In this document: in pieces, positions 1 through 13,600 of the stretch | Numbering within the stretch: the stretch's first letter is position 1 | How the letters are laid out: every line of letters begins with the position of its first letter | NCBI GenBank assembly: GCA_964106645.2 | Contig: OZ067051.1 | Source of the DNA: Podarcis pityusensis | Taxonomy: Eukaryota | Strand: one strand, 5' to 3' | DNA: 64,000 bases | Notes under the pieces: model-generated | The model's database searches: none | The model's input: the letters and a program-made list of their open reading frames with translations, nothing else | What the model was told of the DNA's origin: nothing | Program-made: the position numbers and the translations under genes

Positions 1-503
1 TTTAAAACTGCTTTTGGTATTGTGTTTTAGTATTGTAACCTGCCCTGAGACCTTAGGGTGAAGGGCAGGTAATAAGTAAATAAATAAAACAACGGAGAAA
101 CATCATGCACGCAGGCAGACTGTGTTCAGGTGGATCAGCCCCCTTCACCCCAGAAGCCAGGGATTTGGGGTGGGGGTGGGAGTCGTGTTGACACATTTCT
201 GTGCAAAAGCTTCCGCCTGAGCCTCACCATAGCTGCAAGGGCCTTCAGAAAGCATCCCATGCTCTCCTCTAAGGAAGACTTTCTGCGATCAACAAATGAA
301 ACTGAGACTATTCGCATACTTTCTTATTGCTAGTGAAAAGCCATGCACCAATTTTTAGGAAACGAAATAAAAATTGGGGCACACCAACTGTGACACATCT
401 TCTCATATATCCTGCTCTGGGCTTTCCAACAGCTGCAGTTGGGCCAATTGCTTATTTCTGCCCCCGCGAGATGCTTCATTACAGAAGAAAAATGCTTGCC
501 TAC

Positions 504-660
504 CTTATACCTGGTCTGCTCCCGGTCGTAGATCTTCTTGAGAGACACCACTTTGGGGGAGAAAAAGTTTCCAAGTTTGGCCAGGTAGACCCCGTTCCTG
601 AGCCCCTCCTCCAGCTCCGTTGTGGGGGGCAACTCTTCATTGAGGCAGGCCTCCATCCAC
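504..660 (-). CDS. IQGAP1: IQGAP1 exon 3 (calponin homology domain)
   Basis: WMEACLNEELPPTTELEEGLRNGVYLAKLGNFFSPKVVSLKKIYDREQTRYK; TAG acceptor, GTAGG donor; 157 bp. Confidence 0.96.
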
Positions 661-1597
661 CTACAAGCAGGAGGGGTGGGGGAGAAGGACGTGAGTTGGG
701 AAAGAGACCACCCAGTTCTAGCTTTTTATTTTTTACGCTTGCGTGCCTGCCTTTCAACAAATAACTACCAAGGATGGCTCATAAGGAATTAATAAGATCA
801 ACTGCGGTGGGGAAGGGCTGTGGAACTACATTCCTGACCCCACTTGGGAGTCCAGCCCAGAAACACCCTCATCCAAGAGCATCTGGACCTGCACACAGAC
901 AAAGCACCTGCTTGAGCATCTGGCCCAGAAAGGAACTCTCCCTCCTGCAGAGGCTTCCTTGGTCAGTCATCTGCCACTGCCGGTTCTCCCAAGGAGGCAC
1001 AGCCATTAATAATGGTCTCTTGGGCCTGCTAGCCAAGTGGTCCCCTCCAACTACCTGTTATAAGTAAAGATGGCCAAGAATCAAGCTGGCAGGCCCCAAG
1101 GCTAAGGCTGGCCGATATCTGGTTTTCAACATTGTGATATATCACCAGTTAAACATTGTGATATACAGTGGTACCTCTGGTTACGTACTTAATTAGTTCC
1201 GAAGGTCCGTTCTTAACCTGAAACTGTTCTTAACCTGAAGCACTTTAGCTAATGGGGCCTCCTGCTGCCACCGCACCACCGGAGCACAATTTCTGTTCTC
1301 ATCCTGAAGCAAAGTTCTTAACCCGAGGTACTATTTCTGGGTTAGCAGAGTCTGTAACCTGAAGCGTATGTAACCCGAGGTACCACTGTACCAATATATT
1401 GTATAACAATGTCTGAAATAAAGATGGAACTATGTAGAGGGGAACAGTAGGGCTGGGTGATATCTGGTTTTCAACTTTGTGATATACCACCAGCTAAACA
1501 TCTCAATATTCTGATATATCACAATGACTGAAATACGGATGGAGATATATAGAGGCATTGGCGGGCTTCACAGTTTTTCCCATGTTGTGAGTTTTGC

Positions 1598-1633
<36 letters not shown>

Positions 1634-4600
1634 GTATTAAATCCAGGTCAAAAACTAGGAAAACAATATAATATCATGATATGGACTTCAAACCAGTTTT
1701 GAACAATATATTGCCTAGCCCTACCCAAGGCAAACTCCTTTGAGAACATTCTCCACCACTTTGGGTTTCAACAGCTGAACAGCATCACACAGAGCATAAG
1801 CAGAGGTGACCCTCAGCCTCTTTGCCCAGTGACTGAGCAGCAGCAGCAGCAGCAGCAGCCCTCCTCGCAGGGGTGTTGGTTGTACAGTATGTTTCAGTCG
1901 CTGTACTGGCTTCCCTCAAGCTGTCATAGTGAAGACAATCCAGCTAGCTTCAGGTTCTGCCCCCTCAATTCCAAAAGGACCGAGAAAAGACCTTCCAGGC
2001 AGAGCTGCTTTGGCAACAACTTCCTTCCGACTACAGAATACAAAACAGCAAAGGGTGACTCAGGAAGCAGCAGGATTACCGCATCTGCAGGGGGTGACTT
2101 TGGCTGAACCAGCGACAACTGGTCCCATCCTTTTTCTCCCAGAAACCACAGCTCTGCACTTCCTCCTCTGCTGGGTGCTTTTCTCTTTCACCCCCCCCCC
2201 TTCCTGTTTATTGCCAGGGAAGGCAGCTGCCCAACCCCTCCCTCTCTTCACGGCCTGCTCCAGCCAGGTCTGAGGCAACATCCAAAGAAGAAATGTAAGC
2301 CAAGGGCCATCTATGGGCTACAAAAACAAGCCACAAGGCATCCTCCAAGATGGTGGGGCAGGTGGGCACAGGTGCTTTCTGCATGGGTAAAATGATGCCA
2401 GAAGAGGGGGTGCAATTGTGCCCCTTCCTGTCTCCAATAGAGCAATGAGTCTAAGCCACAAGGAAGTCTCTTGCAGGGGAATGAAGGGGCCCAGCTGCCC
2501 TTGTAATAGCCAATCTCTGGCTTCTGCAGGGGGGGCTGTGGCCTCCATGAACCATCCATGCTGGATCCCCACTAGCAGCTGCCTGGGGGAGCCACAGGAG
2601 CTCAGGTACCCTCAGCTCCTTCTCAGCCCTAACGTGGGGAAAGTTTTGGAGCGTTGCTGAGGACCCCAGAAGGTGACACTTCAGCAGAGGCATCTCTTCC
2701 CCAGGCCAACTGTGGAGTGGAGGCCCTGGGGGACCCACAGCCCTCTCTGTCTCCCTCCCTCTGGGCCAGGGCTCTGCTTCCCTACCTGCATGTGCCCAAC
2801 CAATACGGGGGGGGGGGGGACAGGGGCACTGGCCTCCCACTGTCAGCTCCTCAGGCTGGGTGGCGGGGGGGGGGGGAATAAACCAGCCATTGAAGCCTCT
2901 GACAAATAAGTCTACAATGCTCAGGAAGGGAGGAGGGAAGAGAGGCAGAACCCAACACACCCAAACACACCAGCCAGACATGTTTCACCATGAGAGGAGG
3001 AGGGGGAGAGCCCTCCAAAGCTTGCAGCTGGACAGACAATTTGGGGGCGGGGCACTGCAGGGAACTGGAAGAAGCAGCACAGGAAGTGCAGGTGGCAGAT
3101 GTGGGGTGGGGGTTGATTTAGCAGGCTCCAGAAGGGCCGGCACACTCTTGCAAACCTTTGAGAACAACTATTTTTAGGAGCCTCCAGAAAGGCCCTTTCC
3201 CCACTTTCCGAGCCAGAGGCTCGTGGGCTGTCCTGGCTGGCTCCAGCTCTCCAGTGCCCTCTGAGCCAGGCAGAGAGGTAGGGAAGGATTTGGACTTGGT
3301 CTGCCACCAAAAGCCTCTGGGAGGAAAAGGAGCAGAAAGGAAAGTGTGGCTGGAAGGCCTGCTGTTCCACCCCGACAGTCCCATGAGCTCCGAAAGTGGG
3401 GCAGCTACTGCCACACCCCTTCCTCTGTTGCACAGGTCTTTCCTTTCAGTTAGCTTTTGGGGGGGCACGGGGAGCGGAAGGCTGCCTCTAAAAAACACCT
3501 CTGAAAAGGGTGCATCTGTGCGAGGGAAACTGCCTTGTCTAGACTCACACAGAGAAACAGCTAGGAAAAGGAATCCAGCCCACCCAGAGGCAGTCCTGAA
3601 ATGGAAAGTTATTTTCCAAGGACGAAGCAACATTTCACAGAAACTCTGGCCAAATCCTCAGATTGCTCAGTTCCAACCTCTTCCTCCTACACCCACCGAA
3701 AAAAAACTTTCCAGTGAGCGGCTCAGGCAGGCAGGCAGGCAGGCACTGCTACCAAATTTAAAGCATGACATCATCCCAGGCTACACCCAGGCCTGCTGTG
3801 GCTGCTGTGGCATTGAATGTGCTGGCAGAGTTAGGCCAAGCCACGCAGCTGGGCTCTGGGAAAGACCAGCGCTCAGGCAAGATGTTTTATGTTCTTAACA
3901 CTGCAGGGGAAAAGGGCCCACTCTGAGGAAACACCCCCATTTTCATGCACCCCAGCTAGGACAAACAGGTGCTCTGGGCAGCCCCAGCCCCACCCAGAAA
4001 ACCCCTCCCCATTTCAGCCACCAGTCTCTGGGGCAGGATGCCAACAGCACCTGTTGAGAAGGTGGCTACTACTACTACTAATAATAATAATAATAATAAT
4101 TTATTATTTATACCCCGCCCATCTGGCTGGGCTTCCCCAGCCACCCTGGGTGGCTTCCAACCAAATATTAAAATACAGTAATACATCAAACATTAAAAGC
4201 TTCCCTAAACAGGGCTGCCTTAGAAGGCTAAGCCTTCCTGAACTCTCAGGAGAGCCTCATGCACTGCTTCCTCCCTCCGCCTCCAAGGAGGCAGCAAGAG
4301 AAGGGTGCTCTCTGGGCAAACAGCGGCCCTGCCAAGGGGAGCCGGGCAGGAGGGACTCTCAAAGGGAAGCAAAGGACTCTCTGAGGCAGAAGAGGAGGTC
4401 AGATGCTGGGGGGGCCACATCCCCCAAACTCTCTCATCAGACGGGACGGCTGAATGGGACAAAGCTGTGGGCAGCCATCCATCTTGGGCCTGCCCGTCAT
4501 CCATGTTTATTATGGCAAACAGCCAGCATACTAAAACCAGAATTTCTGCATATAGCCTGCCCATAAAAAGCAAGTTTGGAGTGAGAGACTAGGGTTCACT

Positions 4601-7600
4601 GTTTCCAGGAACCCTTCTCGTAGTGAGAATTTTGTGGGTGAGCTGAGAGTTTGTTTGGATGCTGAAGGCAGAGGAGGAGGATGTGTCAGAAGGAAAATGA
4701 ATTGATATTGATTTATTCATATATTATAAACTTTGCATTAATATGTTTTTACATGTAACTGTGTATTTTTTGTAATATTTTGTTTAAGTTGACTGTAGTT
4801 GCTTCAGTTTTCTGTACACAGCTTAGAGATACTTTTAATATATCATATTTAATATGTTATCATAATATAAATAATCTAAAAAGAGCCTGATGACACCAAG
4901 GGCAGAAAAAGAACCTGTCAGCAGCACCAGGAGGAGAATTCCCATTTCTACAGGCAGCTGAGCTGTAAAAAAGGTAAAGGTAAAGGACCCCTGGATGGTT
5001 ACGTCCAGTCAAAGGCAACTATGGGGTTGCAGCGCTCATCTCGCTTTCAGGCCAAGGGAGCTGGCATTTGTCCACAGACAGCTTTCCGGGTCATGTGGTC
5101 AGCATGACTAAGCCACTTCTAGTGCAACGGAACACCGTGACAGAAACCAGAGCACACAGAAACGCCGTTTACCTTCCTGCCACAACGGTACCTATTAATC
5201 TACTTGCATTGGCATGCTTTCGAACTGCTAGGTTGGCAGGAGCTGGGACAGAGCAACACTTTGTTGTATGCCAGGAGTATTTGCTGCCCCACTGAAATTC
5301 ACAGCCCTATGTTAGCTGTGCCCATTAATTTCAACGAGCATACTCAGAGGAAGACTAGCACGGGGCACAACCCTTGATCTACAGATTGAAGGCAAGGCAT
5401 CCGCAACGGTAATCAAGGCCCATCATATAATCAAAACCAACAAATCCAGAAAACTCTGTCAGCACAGCAGGGACAAAATGGGAGTGGGAAGGAGTTTCCT
5501 CTGAAGGGCAAGAAGAACAAAGCAAACCCGTCCAACTTGTTTGGCCTCCCCTGAAGGGCCCTCCCCGTGCGGGAAAACTAGGTGCAGGAAGGAGGAGCGC
5601 CAGGTAGTTCTGGGAGATGTTCCAGCCACCTTCATCAGCTGCAAGGAGGAGGCAGCCTCCATCCCCCTGCCCTAAGGCCGCTGCTGGGGGGGGGGAGGAG
5701 GGAGGGGTCAAGCAGCCTCAGCCTTAGAGAGCAGCTGCTGCAGCCCCATCCTTTGGGGAGGCAACTGACCTCCTAAAAAAACCCTGCCAGCCAGGTGGGC
5801 TGCCCTTCTACTTCCTTCTCTCTACAGCGCCTGCCATGGATCATGACCCCTGCCTCTATTTGACACCTTCAGCCCTCCATTACTGCCTTGGACCTTGACC
5901 TCCTCTGACCTCTCACTCCTCAGGTGCTTGACCTCCACCAGCCCATGTCCCTGTGGGTGACTGGCCAGGTCTGTTGCCCTCCCAGCCCGCCCTCTGGGGC
6001 AATGGGAGCTGGAGTCTGACAACAGCTAGAGGGGCCCTGAGGCCCCCAAAAGATCAACACTTCTCTGCCCAGATCTCCCCCAAGAGGTTCTTTGTCTTGG
6101 GACTCCAGAAACAAGCACACCACTGGGCCAGCCCTGAAGTGAAGGCAACCATAGGCCCGAGTCCTGAGCTGCGCCTCTCATCTGGAAGCTTCCTCAGCTG
6201 AGGCTTCCTAGTGCTTTTTGCGTATCATTCCATTTTCCCAACATGTATTCAAAGCAGCATGCAATGGAAAAAATAAACCACAGCCATAAAACCAGAGACA
6301 CGTGAGATTCAAAGCAGCTCTTAGCCGTTCAAGGGAGCAAAGTCCTCCCCTCCAGCACGACCCCAAATATCTTGCCCTGAAGACCACAGCACCCAGCTTC
6401 TCAAAATGCATGGCGGGGTCTCTCCCTCAGCACAGCAGCAGAACCCACCACCTGGTTCTTGGGCCCCAGGGCCATTATGGCCGCTTGGCAGCTGCAGGGA
6501 TCTGTGCAGAGCGGTAGCAGCAGGCAGCAGCATCTTCACCTTGCCCAAGCCCTCTTCCAAGGTCATCTTCCAATTCACAATGGGCCACAATGAGTCCACC
6601 TCCCTTCTCCAACCTGACACTGCAAAGAACCTCCAGTGTCACAAGGGGAAAACAGTCAAGCAGAGGAGCAGGGTTATAGAGCAGAAAGCAGCAGAGTGCC
6701 ATCTTGGTGAGAACTATAGGCTGGAAACGTTTCGTTTTAAACCACTACTAAATTTTTGTTACAGCTGGGTTCTTTTAAGTCATGTTTATGCAGTATTTTA
6801 TCAGTATTTTGTGCCTCAGCTGGAGAGGGGTGTCCAACCTCACTGAGCATGAGCAAAACCCACCCACTGAAAGAGCTGTCCCGCCAGGAAGCTGAGCTTG
6901 ACTGGGCAGGCAACCAAAGAGCCCACCTCTGACTGCAGCCAACCCTGTCAATACAGTGGTATCTCAGGTTAAGTATTTAATTAGTTCCGGAGGTCCGTAC
7001 TTAACCTGAAACTGTTCTTAACCTGAAGCACCACTTTAGCTAATGGGGACTCCTGCTGCCGCCGCACCACCAAAGCACGATTTCTGTTCTCATCCTGAAG
7101 CAAAGTTCTTAATCTGAAGCACTGTTTCTGGGTTAGCGGAGTCTGTAACCTGAAGCGTATGTAACCTGAAGCATATGTAACCTGAGGTACCACTGTATTT
7201 GTTTTCAACAAGAAAGGTGGGGGGGACTGGCCTAAGGCATTATGCCATTAGGCAGAGCCATCATGGCCAGGGACTTTGGTGACCAAGGGCACTCCAAGGG
7301 CCACAACAGGTTCTTACCCTGACATAAATATTTTTTTCAGAGGAGGTGGAACACCAACAGGCTTTGCGGTTATTGAGAACTCTGGGTGGACCAGAGCTGG
7401 GGTAGGGGAGAAGAGAGAGGGGCAAGGACTCCAAAGGCCAAATGAGCCACTGCTCACCAGGCCCTGAAGAAGCCTGGAACCAAAGCAGAGCCTGAAACTG
7501 AACCCAGCGGTGGGAGGAAGGTGACAGTCTCCGACCTAGAAGACATGGTGCAAACCCTGCTGCGAGTGGCTCTCTTGTGCAAGACGCATGTCGGGGGGGA

Positions 7601-10600
7601 AACGTTACTTCCTCTTCCAAGAGGTGTTTTGTCCTCACTCGGTACTCACAAAGGGGCCTTCACGGGCTGTGCTTGAAAGAAAGCCAGGATCTCTGCCCTG
7701 AAGGCCTCAAGGTCTAGTTCCCACACCACAGGGCCTGTTCAGGCAAGCAGCGAGTGCTTTGTTCCAAAGGCTGACTGAGGGTCAGTGGTTGCAACACCAG
7801 GCCAGCGCTCAAGCAGCTGGGAGGGGGGAATTGGGAGATCCCTTTTCTGCGTCAATGTGGCCTGAATCCTCCTGACACACTTGGCTCGCCCGCACTGGTG
7901 CGCACGGCCAGCCTTCACACAGCAAGTCAAAGTGCGGGGAGAAAGAGAGAAGACAACATCCCTCCTTCGGCAGCTGAAGAAAAGGATCAGCCTGGGCACG
8001 CTGCTGCTGCTTCAGAATCTCCAACGGCACATCTGGGAGGATCCTTGCCAGGTGTGTGGAGCCCCATTGTTGTCAGCTGCCAAAACGCAGGATCCTCCCC
8101 CACCGATAACAAGCCCAGGCACCTGCTGAAAACTCCTGACTGTCAAGCATGTACAAGTCCCTAGCAAGTACCTTGGAGGGCATAAGACTGCAAAGCCTCC
8201 CAGGATCCCCCAGACATGCAGGGCTGGGGCTCAGAGCTGGAAAATGGCTAAGGACCAGCATCAGGTTTTAGATTCGGGGGGGGGGGGGATGGGGACCAGC
8301 TGCCTAATTTAGATAGTTGCTGGGATTTATCCAGCCTTGATGGTGGGTGTTGCAAAAAGCAGCAGCAGGATACAGGCAGTCAGAGGCAGAGGAACCAGGA
8401 AGGCACAAGGAGGCAAATGCTAGCCAAGGCAGAAATATCGGCCCCCAGGAGACGCCCCAGCCATTTGACTCCCAGCTACACAGAGAGGAGGGACGCGGGT
8501 TAAACCACAGAGCCTAGGACTTGCCGAACAGAAGGTCGGCGGGGTGAGCTCCCGTTGCTCGGTCCCTGCTCCTGCCAACCTAGCAGTTCGAAAGCACGTC
8601 AAAGTGCAAGTCGATAAATAGGTACCACTCCGGCGGGAAGGTAAACGGCGTTTCCGTGCGCTGCTCTGGTTCACCAGAAGCGGCTTAGTCATGCTGGCCA
8701 CATGACCCAGAAGCTGTATGCCAGCTCCCTCGGCCAATAAAGCGAGATGAGTGCCGCAACCCCAGAGTTGGCCACGACTGGGCCTAATGGTCAGGGGTCC
8801 CTTTACCCTTTACCTTTACACAGAGAGGAGGGGCTTGAATCTAGATAGCTGTTGGTTAGAGCATGGTGCTGATAACACCAAGGTCACAGGTTTGATCCCC
8901 ATATGGGACAGCTGCATATCCCTGCATTGCAGTGGGTTGGACTAGATGATCCTCAAGCTCCCTTCCAACTCTATAATTCTATGAATTCAAGGCAAGTTCA
9001 GGGAAGAGGCATTGAGGTGGGGGGGCAGCCATCCCTGTCCCCACTTCCCAGAGAGCCTGTGACATCAATGCACTGAGAGTTTTACAGACAGTTTATAAAC
9101 TAAGAGAGTAAAGCTGCAAACCCAGGTGGGCAAGGAAGATGGAAGTCCCCCCCCCCCGTAAAAAGGCCAAGAGGCCAAGAAATTGGTCTGTGCTTCCTTC
9201 CATCTCAACTTCATCCTGTTCAGGCAAGCAGCAACCTCTCTATGAAGGAGAAGGGCAAGAGTGGCCCATGGGGGGAAGCACCTGCTGTTCCACGCCCAAG
9301 CAAAAGTGGGCTTTAAAAAAGAAGAAAAAAGACTAGGGCTAAGGGGACGGTTATCACAGTACCAAACCTGGCAGTAGTACTTTACCATTTACTGGTCTCC
9401 ACTTTGCTGTCTCGGAAAAGGACCACTGAGAAGCCCTGTGAGATTGGAAAGGGGGACAAAAGGAATCTGCAGCAGGCTGGCGGTGTCTATCGTGCCAAGT
9501 ATGCTAGAGAAAGGAAGAGAGGCTGCCAAGCCAGGAACTGAGGAACTCTGGGCAGAAGTGCAGCACCTCTGGGCAGAAGTACGGCACACTGATAAGCACC
9601 TGTCCACAGCAATTCAAAGAAAAAATTACAGAAGCTTTAAAAAATTGCTTTGTAGGCTCCTGCTGGTACATCTGAGATATGAATGAATGAAGTATATGAA
9701 TGAATATGGCACACACAACCCAGCTCACCTCCCTCCCAACCCTGGCCAACCTGGCCATGGAAGCAGAGAGCAGCATTTCAGGCGATGGAAGGGCCTGGTG
9801 CCTCCACACAGGAGTTGCTTTTATCTATCAGGCTGTAGAGAGAGGATTTAAAAATGGGAACAAGCTTAGAACTTCTGAATGGCACAGCAGTGGAAACCTT
9901 GCATGTCCCAAAAGCTGAAAAGTAAAGGGCTGAATCAGCTGAGCTGGCCTTCATCCCTTATGACATAGGTTGCACCAGAACAGGGCCAGCATGGGCTCAA
10001 ATTACAAGGAGAAGGAACTACGGCTAACCATTGGGTTGTGGGTACTGTTTGGGGGGGGGTTGTTGGGGGGGTTAAAGAATTTTATTTGCAATATACATAT
10101 TAAAAGGTTATGGACCCCTGACAGTTAAGTCCAGTCGCGAACAACTCTGGGGTTGCGGCGCTCATCTCGCTTTACCGGCCAAGGGAGCCGGCGTTTGTCC
10201 GCAGACAGGTTTTCCGGGTCATGTGGCCTGCATGACCAAGCCGCTTCTGGCGAAACCAGAGCAGCGCACAGAAACGACGTTTACCTTCCCTCCAGAGCGG
10301 TACCTATTTATTTACTTGCACTTTGACGTGCTTTCGAACTGCTAGGTTGGCAGGAGCTGGGACCGAGCAACGGGAGCTCACCCCGTCGTAGGGATTCGAA
10401 CCACCGACCTTCTGATCGGCAAGCCCTAGGCTCAGTGGTTTATTACATACATACAAAAAGAAAACAATTGTACAAATAACAAGGAGGGGAAAAAACATGT
10501 ACCGAAAAATGAAAAAGAAAATTAGAAAAAAGAAAAAGAACAAAGATAAAAAAGAGAAAAGGAAAAAGAAAAAAAGAAAAAATAGAAAAAAGAAAAAAAT

Positions 10601-13600
10601 GTCTATTTTAGATCTTATTAGGACTTACATGAAAATTGTTTAAATGGGTTGTGTACTTTTGATGGTCTTATTGTTTATGACTACTTTTATTACATTTGTA
10701 ATTATGTGGGTTTTATTCATGTTGTAAGTCGCCTTGTACATAGTTTTAACTATGGAAACGCAGCATACAAATAATATGCATGTATTATGCAAAAGTTCTT
10801 TCTGGAGGCATGGACTGTCCAGGCAATGGAGCAGCTGGAAGCTGGCAGATTCATTTCCTTAGAGGTCACCTTCCCGGACAGCGACCTCTGACCAAGGATG
10901 CTGCAGTCGAGGACAACCTGCATCATCGCCAGCCGCCCAGGTCTCTTCAGACCGTGAGGATTCTATGAACTTAAGCCTCAAACTGCAACAGCAGCAAACT
11001 GGAATTGGCTGTTTATTTGCCAGCAGTTCTGTACATGCCAAGTCTATTTCCCAAAGGAACAGAAGGTCAACCACAAAATAAGGCTGTTGTCCCTCATCCC
11101 CAGATGGATCAACTGCGGATCAGCATGAGGGCAGGAGTGGAAGTTTTGCCTTTGCTGCTCTGCAACTACAGTGTCCACAAAGCAGAGCCCACTGACACTT
11201 CACAGGGCAGATGCTCTTACCAGCCAAAAATACTGACCTTTTGCTGCACATGGCAAAGCAGCAGAACAACCAAAAGAGGATACTTGCTAAAACCAAGGTT
11301 TAGTTTTATTTTTGCAAACTACTTTTACAGATTTTTCAGAAAACACCACAAGAGCAAGCCAGATATAACACAAGGGAAAAGAGGAATTTCCAAGCACATT
11401 TATGACTGCAGCAGGAAATCCAGACAGACACTAAGAATCCAATCAGAGAATCTCTCACATCCATCGCTCACATCAGATCAGAATGATTAATGACCCACAG
11501 AAAAAGAGAGATGCTCTCTCATTGGCCAATGAAATAAATGGAAACCAACATGACTCTGTGGGCAGTGTTAATCCATTTGTTCTGGCCCGTTTCGAAAGTA
11601 TTTGGTCCCACTACTGGTTGACAGGCGGCATCAAAGGGTCTCTCACCTGGCTGCCCGCATCAGATAATCCAACAAGCTTCCTACCCTGTGGATTTCAAAC
11701 TGCATCCACTTCAACAACACTGAGCAAAAAAGCCATCATAGCTTCAGGCTCCACAGATTTACTCAATCCAAGGCGAAGTTCACAAAACACTTGAGCCCAG
11801 CCAGCTATTTCCCCACAACTTCTCCACCCTCCAGAGGAGAGCCCCTTGTCAACAGCTTTAAGAGATGGAAACTAGCTGAGAAGGGCCTAGAGGGCACTTT
11901 ATTGCCAACTAACCAAACCAACATTTCTAACTGGAAAGGCTTCGCAAATTGCAGAAGCGCAAAGCCTCTTGCAAGGCTGCTGCAGGCTCTGCACTTTGGG
12001 CCCGGAAGAAAGAAAGGAGGGAGGAAAACGTGAGTCACTTCCTCATCTCATTCTTGGCCCAACAGTTCCTGTGTCATATTAGGGAGAGACAGAGAGACAG
12101 AGGAAGGAGGTGGTTAGGGTCAACCACATCGCACAAACTTGGGCAGCAAATGTTGTTGGTGGGGGGTGAACTCATGGGAGCTGTGGGCCAGGGATTCCCC
12201 ATCAGCCCAAATCTCAGGTGCTGCTTGGAGGGGAGACCAGACACCAGTCTGGCAAGTGGAGATAGCCCCTTGCTCTGGTTCCTGTTCCAGGGCTTGCCTT
12301 GTCACAGAAAAGGCTCCCCAAGAAGCCTCAAGGGGGCAGGGGGCAAGATGCTCAGAGAAAGATGCTCCAGGGAAAGGCTTCTTGGTGGCTCCACTCTACC
12401 TTGGGAAGGTCTCTGGGTTTGATGCACAGCACTTCCAGGCAGAACTGGGGAACAGACCACTTCCTGAAATCCTGGGCTTGCCTTGTAAACAACACTGAGC
12501 TAGATGGGCCAAAGGTATGAGGCAGCTTCCTCTCTTCCTAGAGCAGGAGAACCTGAACTGCCTCTGGACCATAAGACATCATCAATCCACCTCAAGCATC
12601 TGCAAAAGCAGTGTTGAACCTGCTTTTAAATCCTCTCCACTCCTGTAGCTCCATGGCCAGTTCAGAGGTCAAACGCAACCCACAACCAACCCCAAAACAC
12701 ACTTGATACACCCCCCTCATTGCAGGAAGCAGCTTCCCTATTAAACCCCAAGCTTCCCTCACCTTCTGACATATCCCACAAACCTGATTTATCTTCCAGG
12801 CTATTAACCACTACCTTTTTGCTTTCGTATCCAGCAGTGTTATTATTCTGCCCCGTAATCATGCTCATTAATTTGGCGATCACATGCTGATTTATGCTTA
12901 AAATACTATTTGTTTCCAGAGCAGCTTCAGGTGATACGAAAATATGGTTTCTTTGAAAGCAAAAGGAGTAAAAAGAGGTCAAAAATAATCCACTGGGAAC
13001 TGCAGGTGGGAGTGGCACAGCCAAAGAGAAAGCAACGGAGCAGCTTAATTGGCCTGTCTCTAGGTGCCAGAAAACGGGGCAGCTGTTTCTGCAAAAGGCT
13101 AGGCCTGGCAACAAAGCAGCAGGTCCAATGGCTCAGGGATGCTCTGTTCCTCTCCCCACCCCAGCTGGAAGCTGCAATGAGCACCACTGGTGGTTTGAGC
13201 CAATGATACCCCTTGGGCATGTTAGCAGCATGGGGCTCACCACCCCTCTGAAAGGGCCCTCTTACCTCTTGGCTTCCTCCAGGTGGCAAAGATATTCATA
13301 GGCCACATTCTGCCGTCTCCGCTCATCCATCTCTTCTGCAGTCATCCTCTCATTATCCAGGACAGCTGCAAAAAGGCAGGACAGGGTCAGTCCAGGGAAG
13401 CCAGAAGGCTCCGAGGCAAAGTGCAGCTCAACAGGGGGTCGTCCCCAAGTGGGAGGTGTTGGGAGCTGAAGGAGCCAAGCCTCACTTGGGTGCCCAGAAG
13501 CACCCAAGGTCCGGCACCCCACCCACTCCCCCCAAACAGGACAGCTAGTGCCAAGGGTTTGTTTTTGTTTTTTTTTGAATGGCTCACCTGTTCCCTCCAA

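Larger units (their letters stand above)
1103..1723. mobile_element. Non-autonomous hAT-type DNA transposon
   Basis: TIRs TAAGGCTGGCCGATAT / ATATTGCCTAGCCCTA; perfect 8-bp TSD CCCAAGGC at 1095-1102 and 1724-1731. Confidence 0.85.

Noticed and set aside
1836-1859. (CAG)n as a polyQ coding repeat
   Set aside because: Intronic and antisense to IQGAP1, with no supporting splice context.
3158-4566. 246-aa and 225-aa plus-strand ORFs in IQGAP1 intron 2
   Set aside because: No family similarity, non-ATG starts, and the second runs through an L2 tail microsatellite.
8843-8915. tRNA-like sequence
   Set aside because: Degenerate SINE head fused to a CR1 tail; no intact cloverleaf. The same applies to the Sauria SINE heads.
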